Source: an uncultured cyanobacterium (lineage in GTDB: Bacteria > Cyanobacteriota > Cyanobacteriia > Cyanobacteriales > Nostocaceae). Taken from it: 64,000 nucleotides of DNA. The stretch is from the NCBI GenBank assembly GCA_963706595.1, contig OY970166.1, forward strand, positions 2,112,001-2,176,000. The letters run 5' to 3'. Of this stretch, positions 10,377-17,145 are shown in pieces. Below the pieces are notes generated by a model that saw nothing but the letters and a program-made list of their open reading frames with translations, was not told where the DNA came from and searched no databases. How positions within the stretch are numbered: position 1 is the stretch's first letter; every line of letters begins with the position of its first letter. A program made the translations under genes and the position numbers.

Positions 10377-10814
10377 ATGGGAATTATATACACTATCGGA
10401 TTTACCAAAAAATCGGCAAAAGATTTTTTTGAATTATTAAAAAAAGAAAAAATTGATTTAGTTGCTGATGTCCGTCTTAATAATACTGGTCAGTTAGCAG
10501 GGTTTACGAAAAAAAAAGATTTAGAGTATTTTCTTGACCTTGTAGAAATAAAATACGAGCATTGGAATAATTTTGCTCCGACTAAAGAGATGCGTGATAA
10601 ATATCATGCTACTTGGAACTGGGAAGAGTATGAATCTTCATATCGAAGTCTTCTCAAAGGTCGAAATGCTTTAGAAAAGTTAAATAAACCAATCTTAACT
10701 AATCAAAAAGTATGCTTATTGTGTTCTGAACATACACCTGAAAAATGTCATCGAAGAATAGCATCAGAGATGTTATCTAATATAGTAGGTGGTACAAAGA
10801 TAGTTCATCTTTAG
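10377..10814 (+). CDS. DUF488 family protein (second subtype)
   Basis: IYTIGFTKKSA, DVRLNN..QLAGF, LLCSE..PEKCHRR motifs. Confidence 0.9.
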   Translation: MGIIYTIGFTKKSAKDFFELLKKEKIDLVADVRLNNTGQLAGFTKKKDLEYFLDLVEIKYEHWNNFAPTKEMRDKYHATWNWEEYESSYRSLLKGRNALEKLNKPILTNQKVCLLCSEHTPEKCHRRIASEMLSNIVGGTKIVHL

Positions 10815-10833
10815 TTTTAGATTAGGTTAGCTA

Positions 10834-11020
10834 GTAGGGTGGGTTAGCGACAGCGTAACCCACCAAACCAATAACCTAAACTAAAATGGTGGGTTAGGTT
10901 GCAAACAAAAATCTTCACGTTGAACATATTATTCTCTGCGCCTAACCCACCCTACATCCTTTGTGTCTTTAGGTTGCAAAGGTCAATCATCATGTTTACC
11001 AGATTATCCGGTGCGCCTCA
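10834..11020. repeat. GTAG-REP/REPIN-like repeat, copy 1 (full doublet 10834-10955 plus tail)
   Basis: Starts GTAGGGTGGGTTAG, ends CTAACCCACCCTAC (14-bp terminal inverted repeat); internal GGTGGGTTA/TAACCCACC hairpins. Confidence 0.85.
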
Positions 11021-11065
11021 GTTATAATAAAATAATACCGAAAATTTTACTCAATATAGGAGTTA

Positions 11066-11356
11066 ATGATGGTAACAAAAATTGAAGAAATATATAGAAA
11101 TATTGATACTTTACCAGAAGAAGCTCAAAGCTTACTACTTGATTTTATTCAGTTACTCAAAAAGCATTACCCAAAACCAGAAAATCAACACATAGAAAAT
11201 GAGAAAACTTTCTCATCTACCCAAAAACAAAAACCACATCCACTAGACACATTTATAGAAAAACATGGTGCTTGGGAAGATGAACGCACAGCAGAAGAAA
11301 TAGTCAAAGAAATTTATGATAGTCGGACTATTTCTAACTATGATATTAGCTTATGA
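11066..11356 (+). CDS. VapB-like antitoxin with DUF2281-like N-terminus
   Basis: LPEEAQ.LLLDFIQLL motif; AGGAG RBS; 4-nt overlap with the PIN gene. Confidence 0.75.
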   Translation: MMVTKIEEIYRNIDTLPEEAQSLLLDFIQLLKKHYPKPENQHIENEKTFSSTQKQKPHPLDTFIEKHGAWEDERTAEEIVKEIYDSRTISNYDISL

Positions 11357-11754
11357 CTTATTTATTAGATACTGACACTTGCATTTACTGGATTAAAAAC
11401 ATTAATTCAGTTAGAGATAAAATTAAACAAATAGGATGGGAGCAAATTTGTATTTGCAACATTACCGTTGCGGAATTATATTTTGGTGCTTATAATTCTC
11501 AACGAGTCACAGAAAATTTAACTCGTGCAGAAAAATTCATTCAAGATATTGAAGTTATAAATTTAGATAATAATGCTGTAAAAAAGTTTGGAGAATTAAA
11601 AGCTGAACTTCGCAAAATAGGACAACCAGTTGCAGATTTTGATTTACTAATTGCTAGTGTTGCACTGACGAAAAGCTATATTTTAGTAACTAATAACACT
11701 CGTCATTATAGCCGAATTTCTAAGTTGAAATTAGAAAACTGGATTTCAGCTTAA
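11353..11754 (+). CDS. vapC: VapC/PIN-domain toxin
   Basis: YLLDTDTCI, ELYFGA, DLLIASVAL, LVTNNTRHY. Confidence 0.9.
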   Translation: MTYLLDTDTCIYWIKNINSVRDKIKQIGWEQICICNITVAELYFGAYNSQRVTENLTRAEKFIQDIEVINLDNNAVKKFGELKAELRKIGQPVADFDLLIASVALTKSYILVTNNTRHYSRISKLKLENWISA

Positions 11755-11842
11755 AATATTTTTGTAGAAGTAGGTTAGAGCAAATAGCAAAAAATGACAA
11801 AATTTGCCATAGTATAAAAAAGTATATTCAGGAAATCACCTT

Positions 11843-12106
11843 ATGAAAAGTATGAATATTTCCTTACCTGATACTATGCGAACTTATATAGAAGAACAGG
11901 TAGCTCAAGGTGCTTACAGCAGCGTCAGTGAATATTTTCGGGAATTAGTGCGACAAGATCAAAAACAGAAAGCAAATGAACGTCTACAAACCATGCTCTT
12001 AGAAGGATTAAACTCTGGAAATGCAACAGAAATGACTGCTCAAGATTGGGAAGATATCCGTCAAACAGTCAGTGAAAGAATTAACAAACGTCAAAGCGCA
12101 AATTAG
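11843..12106 (+). CDS. ParD-like RHH antitoxin with no cognate ParE downstream
   Basis: MNISLP, YSSVSEYFRELVR, LLEGLNSG, DWEDIR; near-palindromic ATGACAAAATTTGCCAT upstream. Confidence 0.8.
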   Translation: MKSMNISLPDTMRTYIEEQVAQGAYSSVSEYFRELVRQDQKQKANERLQTMLLEGLNSGNATEMTAQDWEDIRQTVSERINKRQSAN

Positions 12107-12149
12107 CAGTGATGTATTAAATTTAAAAAAGACCTCCAAAAAAAACGCT

Positions 12150-12368
12150 ATGAAATTTCAAGTAATTTTCACTTATGATTCAGAATATCTAGGTTACGTT
12201 GCTGAAGTACCAGAACTTCCTGGTTGTGTCAGTCAAGGTAAAACCTTAGATGAAGCAATTGAAAATATCAAAGATGCAATAAAAGGCTATCTTCACGTAT
12301 TAGAAAAACATGGTAAACCGTATGTACCTAAAGAGTCTCAATCTTTTGTAGGAGAAGTATTAGTATAA
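12150..12368 (+). CDS. hicB: HicB family antitoxin
   Basis: YVAEVPELPGCVSQGKTLDEAIENIKDAI; ATG at 12150. Confidence 0.9.
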   Translation: MKFQVIFTYDSEYLGYVAEVPELPGCVSQGKTLDEAIENIKDAIKGYLHVLEKHGKPYVPKESQSFVGEVLV

Positions 12369-12587
12369 ATGGGACGTTTATCCAATATTTCCGGTAAACA
12401 AACAATCAAAATTTTTGAAAAATTTGGCTATGCTGTAGATCATCAAACCGGAAGTCATATCATACTTTGGCACGAATCAAAACCCATTTTATCAGTTCCC
12501 AATCATAAAGAACTAGCACCAGGGTTACTCAGAAGTTTAATTAGACAAGCAGAAATTACAGTAGATGAATTTTTAGGAAATAAGTAA
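12369..12587 (+). CDS. hicA: HicA family toxin
   Basis: QTGSH, SVPNHKEL.PGLLRSLIRQA. Confidence 0.9.
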   Translation: MGRLSNISGKQTIKIFEKFGYAVDHQTGSHIILWHESKPILSVPNHKELAPGLLRSLIRQAEITVDEFLGNK

Positions 12588-12595
12588 TACCTTTA

Positions 12596-12780
12596 GTGGG
12601 TAATCGCGTAACCCACCAAACCAATAACCTAAACTAAAATGGTGGGTTAGGTTGCAAACAAAAATCTTCACGTTGAACATACTATCTCTGCGCCTAACCC
12701 ACCCTAAATCCTTTGTTTCTTTAGGTTGCAAAGGTGAATGATCATGTTTACCAGATTATCCGGTGCGCCTCACCCACTTA
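12596..12780. repeat. GTAG-REP/REPIN-like repeat, copy 2
   Basis: 12606-12772 is near-identical to 10853-11020 (one indel, few substitutions). Confidence 0.9.
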
Positions 12781-12860
12781 GTTATGTTAATTACCTAGAG
12801 GATAAATAGGGTGTAATATAAGTTAAAACTTCAACAGCTTACCACACCCCAAATGTAATC

Positions 12861-13412
12861 ATGACCACAGATGCAGAATATCAAGGAAGAATTACCAGCT
12901 ATGACTGGGATGATTTAATGAGATTATGGTCAGAAATTAAAGCAAAAAATACTTCCAATTTTTGGGATGCAGATAAAGCATTAGAATATTTAGTTTTACG
13001 CGCATTTCAACTCGATGGTGCTGAAGTAGCTTGGCCTGATAGTGTAAAAATTAAAGGAAAAATAGTAGAACAAATTGACGGCGTGGTATACACAGACAGC
13101 CTAGCTTGCCTGATAGAATGTAAAGATACCACAGAAGAGGTTAATATTGAACCAATAGCAAAGCTACGAAATCAACTACTACGAAGACCAGCCACAGCTA
13201 TTGGTAGCGTGTTTAGTCGCACTGGATTTACAGAAGCCACCGTAACATTAACTGGGTTTGTTGCTCCTCAAACTATTCTATTGTGGGGAGGAGAAGAAAT
13301 TGAATATTCACTACAACATAAATTTATATGTAAATCCCTAGTCAAGAAATATCGTGTTTGTGTTCATAAAGGTATCCCTAACTACGACATTATAACGGAG
13401 AGTTTTTCATGA
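12861..13412 (+). CDS. Mrr-like PD-(D/E)XK restriction endonuclease
   Basis: LEYLVLRAF, EQIDGVV....LIECKD catalytic motif, FSRTGFT. Confidence 0.75.
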   Translation: MTTDAEYQGRITSYDWDDLMRLWSEIKAKNTSNFWDADKALEYLVLRAFQLDGAEVAWPDSVKIKGKIVEQIDGVVYTDSLACLIECKDTTEEVNIEPIAKLRNQLLRRPATAIGSVFSRTGFTEATVTLTGFVAPQTILLWGGEEIEYSLQHKFICKSLVKKYRVCVHKGIPNYDIITESFS

Positions 13413-13963
13413 CACTAGCATATATGATTGCAGAAAGTGAAACAAATATAGAGATTTTACAGAAATTACTGCCAAAAAATCTGATTCAAGATATCCAATT
13501 TATAGCAGGTGAAAGTTCTTACAGAGCGCGTTCTTTAGCTACTTCACTTCTAGCGACTCGAAAAATACCAGTTGCTCTTGTCATCGATGCAGATACAGAT
13601 CACGAATCTCAAGTATTTGAAAAGCAAGATTTAATTAATTATGTATTAAATCAAGCATCTTCTGGTACTCCATTTCAATTATTTTTGGCTGTTCCTCAAT
13701 TAGAAATTTTATTGTTAGAAGATAAATCATTAATTGAGAAAATGGCACAAAGGAAATTTAATGATTTAGAATGGCAATTTGCCCAAAGTAAACCTAAAAA
13801 ATTTTTAGAGACAGTCTTAGGAAAAGAACAGTCAATAAACGAGAGAATATTTAGTAATATCAATGAGCAAGAAATTAAGATATTACGACAACACCCATTA
13901 ATACAACAAATGATAGTTTTCTTATCATCTCTGACCTCAGACGTGATGATAACACAGCGATGA
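13409..13963 (+). CDS. Hypothetical protein with TOPRIM-like motifs
   Basis: YMIAESE (first-strand Glu), VALVIDAD (DxD), AVPQLEILL; ATGA overlap with the nuclease gene. Confidence 0.5.
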   Translation: MTLAYMIAESETNIEILQKLLPKNLIQDIQFIAGESSYRARSLATSLLATRKIPVALVIDADTDHESQVFEKQDLINYVLNQASSGTPFQLFLAVPQLEILLLEDKSLIEKMAQRKFNDLEWQFAQSKPKKFLETVLGKEQSINERIFSNINEQEIKILRQHPLIQQMIVFLSSLTSDVMITQR

Positions 13964-13964
13964 C

Positions 13965-14027
13965 GGGTTAGCGATCGCGTAACCCACCAAAGCAATAACC
14001 CAAGTGTAAATACTGGCTGAGGTTGCA
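13965..14027. repeat. GTAG-REP-like repeat, copy 3 (partial, HIP1 in loop)
   Basis: GGGTTAGCGATCGCGTAACCCACC...AGTGTAAATACTGGCTGAGGTTGCA. Confidence 0.85.
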
Positions 14028-14071
14028 CGTCGCCAAATTGGTAGCGAAGCCGCACGTAAATTGATAAAAAC

Positions 14072-14332
14072 CTATTTTTTATACACCTCTCGCCGATGCT
14101 TACATTGAATGAGTAAAATAATTAATTCTTGATCTTGAATTTCATAACGTAAGCGATAGTCTCCAATTCTAATTCGATATTCATTTTCATAACCTTTCAG
14201 TTTTACTACTCCATTAGGACGAGGTTCGTCTGCAAGCTGGCAAATCTTTTCATATACACGCTCTTTGAGATTATTAGGAAGATTATCTAATTGTTTTTGA
14301 ATAGATTTAGTTATAATAATTTGGTACGTCAT
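14072..14332 (-). CDS. relE: RelE/ParE family toxin
   Basis: PRPNGVVKLKG, YRIRIGDYRLRYEI, HRREVY. Confidence 0.9.
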   Translation of the reverse strand: MTYQIIITKSIQKQLDNLPNNLKERVYEKICQLADEPRPNGVVKLKGYENEYRIRIGDYRLRYEIQDQELIILLIQCKHRREVYKK

Positions 14333-14337
14333 AGTAT

Positions 14338-14580
14338 CTATTTACGCTGATTGCTTAGATACTGCTCAAAAGTAGTATATTCACCATTGGCGTATTCATC
14401 ACGTACTAACTGAATCTCTCTTGCAGTTGCTTCATCTTCTTCCCAACTTTCTTCTTCAGCTTCAGCAATAGCTTGATCAAGAATCTCCCAAAGTAGCTTT
14501 TTTTCTGATAGATTTAGCCCACTTAAGGAGTTGATGAGTAACTCCATAGGAATGAATAAATTTAGTCCTGCTTGTGACAT
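14338..14580 (-). CDS. Antitoxin partner of RelE
   Basis: Small acidic ORF 5 nt upstream of relE; GEYTTFEQY C-terminus. Confidence 0.7.
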   Translation of the reverse strand: MSQAGLNLFIPMELLINSLSGLNLSEKKLLWEILDQAIAEAEEESWEEDEATAREIQLVRDEYANGEYTTFEQYLSNQRK

Positions 14581-14676
14581 TGCTTTGATTATCCTAATGT
14601 CTATCTTTATATTTTATCAGATAACTATTAGTTGATAGCACAAAATCGTGTTTTTGAATAGATTAAGTTATAGTAT

Positions 14677-14788
14677 GTAGGCTGAGTTAGCGATCGCATA
14701 ACCCACCAAACCAGTAACCCAAGTGTAAATACTGGCTGAGGTTGCAAAGGTGAATCATCATATTTACCAGATTATCCGGTGCGCCTCA
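14677..14788. repeat. GTAG-REP-like repeat, copy 4
   Basis: GTAGGCTGAGTTAGCGATCGCATAACCCACC...AGGTTGCAAAGG...CCGGTGCGCCTCA; combines the parts seen in copies 1 and 3. Confidence 0.85.
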
Positions 14789-14833
14789 GTTATAATAAAA
14801 TAATACCGAAAATTTTACTCAACGTAGGAGTTA

Positions 14834-15103
14834 ATGATGGTAATAAAAATTGAAGAAATATATAGAGATATTGATACTTTACCAGAAGAAGCTCAAACCT
14901 TACTACTTGATTTTATTCAGTTACTCAAAAAGCGTTACCCACAAACAGAATTAGAAAATAATACTTCTATTTCTCCTCTCCAAAGCCTAGAATCTTTATC
15001 TGAACTTGACCCCTGGACACAAAGCCTAATAGGTGTAATTCCCTTAGAATCACAAAATCCAGAAGAAATTTATGTTAATTACCTAGAGGAGAAATATAGT
15101 TGA
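14834..15103 (+). CDS. VapB-like antitoxin with DUF2281-like N-terminus
   Basis: N-terminal ~36 aa nearly identical to 11066..11356; different C-terminus (WTQSLIGVI..Y.NYLEEKY). Confidence 0.75.
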   Translation: MMVIKIEEIYRDIDTLPEEAQTLLLDFIQLLKKRYPQTELENNTSISPLQSLESLSELDPWTQSLIGVIPLESQNPEEIYVNYLEEKYS

Positions 15104-15516
15104 AACGGGTATTATTTGACAGCGATGTTTTGCTGGATATTTTAGCAGAGCGTCAACCGTTTGTTGTCGCCTCAGCACAAGCATTAAATACAGTCATCAA
15201 AAAACAGGTACAAGGCTTTGTTTCAGGACACGCTGTTACTAATATTTTCTATATTTTACGTCGCCAAATCGGTAGCGAAGCAGCACGTAAATTAATAGAA
15301 ACCTTATTGCAACACATTCAAATTGCCAGCGTTACAGATGAAGTAATTCACCAAGCTTTGCAAAGTCCAATTAAAGATTTTGAAGATGCGGTGACAAGTG
15401 CAGCAGCAATGGCTGCAAGTTTAGAAATAATTGTGACACGAAATACATCCGATTTTGTAGCTTCTTCAGTCCCAGCAGTGTTACCAGAAGAGTTCTTAAA
15501 AATTGTTTCTGATTAA
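15100..15516 (+). CDS. PIN-domain toxin
   Basis: VLFDSDVLLD, DFEDAV, IVTRNTSDF, PEEFL. Confidence 0.85.
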   Translation: MKRVLFDSDVLLDILAERQPFVVASAQALNTVIKKQVQGFVSGHAVTNIFYILRRQIGSEAARKLIETLLQHIQIASVTDEVIHQALQSPIKDFEDAVTSAAAMAASLEIIVTRNTSDFVASSVPAVLPEEFLKIVSD

Positions 15517-15581
15517 GTTAGTATAAATAAAGATAGGACTACACAAGTAAACCCCTTTCACATGGCAAAACCATACAAATT

Positions 15582-15768
15582 ATGATTCTCGAACCAAGCG
15601 AATCTACTCAAAAAATAGATTCTGAAGAATCCAAAATACAGCAATTTTTAGCACGAGTTAATAACTACTCCTTCCCACTCCCCCCAGACTACAAATTCAA
15701 TCGAGAAAAAATCTATGACAGATAAAATATTTCTCGATACCAATCTCTGGATTTATCTCTATGCTAAA
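15582..15768 (+). pseudogene. Remnant vapBC cassette: antitoxin C-terminal part (15582-15725) plus first 18 codons of a PIN toxin (from 15715)
   Basis: Translates as ...LPPDYKFNREKIYDR* overlapping MTDKIFLDTNLWIYLYAK, then runs into the opposite-strand gene. Confidence 0.75.
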
Positions 15769-15983
15769 AAATTTTTATTGCTAGACAAATCATTTGCTGC
15801 TTCCACACAACCAATGTATTCTTGAGCCATAGTTAAAGCCGAAATACCTGATTTTTGGGGTTGATTTGATAACCCTTGTTTGTGGATTTTCGCTAGTAAA
15901 AATTCTACAAAATCCAGCGCCTCTTGTTGCCTATCAGGAGGTAATATCCTTACCTTGTCTATAATAATTTCTTCAATACTCAT
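15759..15983 (-). CDS. Orphan DUF2281-like antitoxin (possibly 3' truncated)
   Basis: LPPDRQQEALDFVEFL, DLSSNK; no toxin downstream. Confidence 0.7.
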   Translation of the reverse strand: MSIEEIIIDKVRILPPDRQQEALDFVEFLLAKIHKQGLSNQPQKSGISALTMAQEYIGCVEAANDLSSNKNFLA

Positions 15984-16050
15984 TTTATTTGTCCTCTGGG
16001 AGAAATAAATATAGTTTAAATTTTATCACATAACACTATAATTAGCTAAT

Positions 16051-16098
16051 AGTGTAAATAGTGGCTGAGGTTGCAAAGGACAATCATCATGTTTACCA
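16051..16098. repeat. Repeat copy 5 (internal segment)
   Basis: AGTGTAAATAGTGGCTGAGGTTGCAAAGGACAATCATCATGTTTACCA matches 14722-14769. Confidence 0.8.
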
Positions 16099-16148
16099 AA
16101 AAATATCAAAATAATATATACTACTGATAGTATGACTGTGGGTAGGAT

Positions 16149-16370
16149 ATGGCTAAAATCTCAATTTCATTGCCAGATGAACTACTAAATTACATTGACC
16201 AAAAAGTTGAAAACCGTAGTGCATTGATTGAAAATCTCTTGAAACAATGGCAAGAAAAACAACAAGATGAAGCACTAGCGGCCGCTTGCGCCTTGGTTGA
16301 TGAATTAGAATTAGGTTGGGAAAGTGAATGGCAAAATATAGCGATTACCGAATGGGAAGCATCTGGATAG
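16149..16370 (+). CDS. CopG/RHH antitoxin (MazE-type partner)
   Basis: KISISLPDELL.YID, NRSALIE; overlaps the toxin gene. Confidence 0.8.
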   Translation: MAKISISLPDELLNYIDQKVENRSALIENLLKQWQEKQQDEALAAACALVDELELGWESEWQNIAITEWEASG

Positions 16371-16705
16371 TAACATTTGATTTCTCTGTAGGTACAGAAA
16401 TTCAAAAAACTCGTCCAGCACTCATAGTTTCTGGGACTTTGTTTAACAACCAACGCAGCAAAGTCACAGTTTTACCTTTTACTTCCGCCAAACCTAATAA
16501 TCCTCGTATTTCACCTGCGGTAGTTGCAGTACCTTCATCATCACAAAATGGACTTTCTGTAGACAGTCTTTTGATATGCGTTGAACCGATGACATTTGAC
16601 AAAATTCGTTTAACTCAACAACTAGGTGAATTAGAAACAGAATTACTAGAAAAAACCCAAAATATTCTGCGTAGATACCTGAGTTTAAGCAACTATCAAT
16701 CGTAA
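16328..16705 (+). CDS. mazF: PemK/MazF family toxin
   Basis: SVGTEIQKTRPALIVS, VTVLPFTS, NGLSVDS, DKIRL. Confidence 0.9.
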   Translation: MAKYSDYRMGSIWIVTFDFSVGTEIQKTRPALIVSGTLFNNQRSKVTVLPFTSAKPNNPRISPAVVAVPSSSQNGLSVDSLLICVEPMTFDKIRLTQQLGELETELLEKTQNILRRYLSLSNYQS

Positions 16706-16708
16706 TTT

Positions 16709-16739
16709 GTAGGTTGGGTTACACAATTTGCAACCCAAC
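16709..16739. repeat. GTAG-REP-like hairpin at the right border of the island
   Basis: GTAG-GTTGGGTT-N11-AACCCAAC. Confidence 0.7.
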
Positions 16740-16776
16740 TCTCAACGAAAGTTCCTCAGCCACATTATATAAATGC

Positions 16777-16926
16777 TTATGGCATAGGGTGAAAGAGAAG
16801 GTCAGGGAAAATGTAATTAAAGATTGCCCAAGTAGAGAACGCAACTATAACTGAAGCGACTGCAAGAACAGGTGCAGTGGAAAGATACTGAAGAAAATAT
16901 TCTTTTTCCTGATTTTGTTTTTTCAT
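16777..16926 (-). CDS. psaJ: Photosystem I subunit IX (stand-alone copy, absent from the ORF track)
   Basis: Manual translation MKKQNQEKEYFLQYLSTAPVLAVASVIVAFSTWAIFNYIFPDLLFHPMP (49 aa); YLSTAPV and FPDLLFHP motifs. Confidence 0.92.
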   Translation of the reverse strand: MKKQNQEKEYFLQYLSTAPVLAVASVIVAFSTWAIFNYIFPDLLFHPMP

Positions 16927-17145
16927 AGAATTATTTCCTATCCTCGTTAACTCAATTATATCCTAAAAAAATATATTAACTATAAATCTAGCTGAAGTAA
17001 CATTCATAAAATTCACATTTAGTCCTATTTATATAGTCCATTGGATAGCAGAAGCACCTCAAATAATAGTGACAAACAATAACTTATTTTGAGTTAAATT
17101 AGAATATGAAAGATTAAATTTAGTTTTTTTATAAATATTATCAAA

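Noticed and set aside
10853..10899. Classical integron attC site (TAAC...GTTAGGT)
   Set aside because: Only ~47 bp with an imperfect RYYYAAC end, cassettes occur in both orientations with their own promoters, and no intI is in the window; GTAG/CTAC ends fit REP-type repeats better. Not formally excluded without a covariance-model search.
13696..14055. Minus-strand 119-aa ORF
   Set aside because: Antisense shadow of the TOPRIM-like gene plus repeat copy 3.
10834..16739. CRISPR array interpretation of the island repeats
   Set aside because: Repeats are 50-190 bp, irregular and separated by whole genes; no constant repeat-spacer period and no cas genes.
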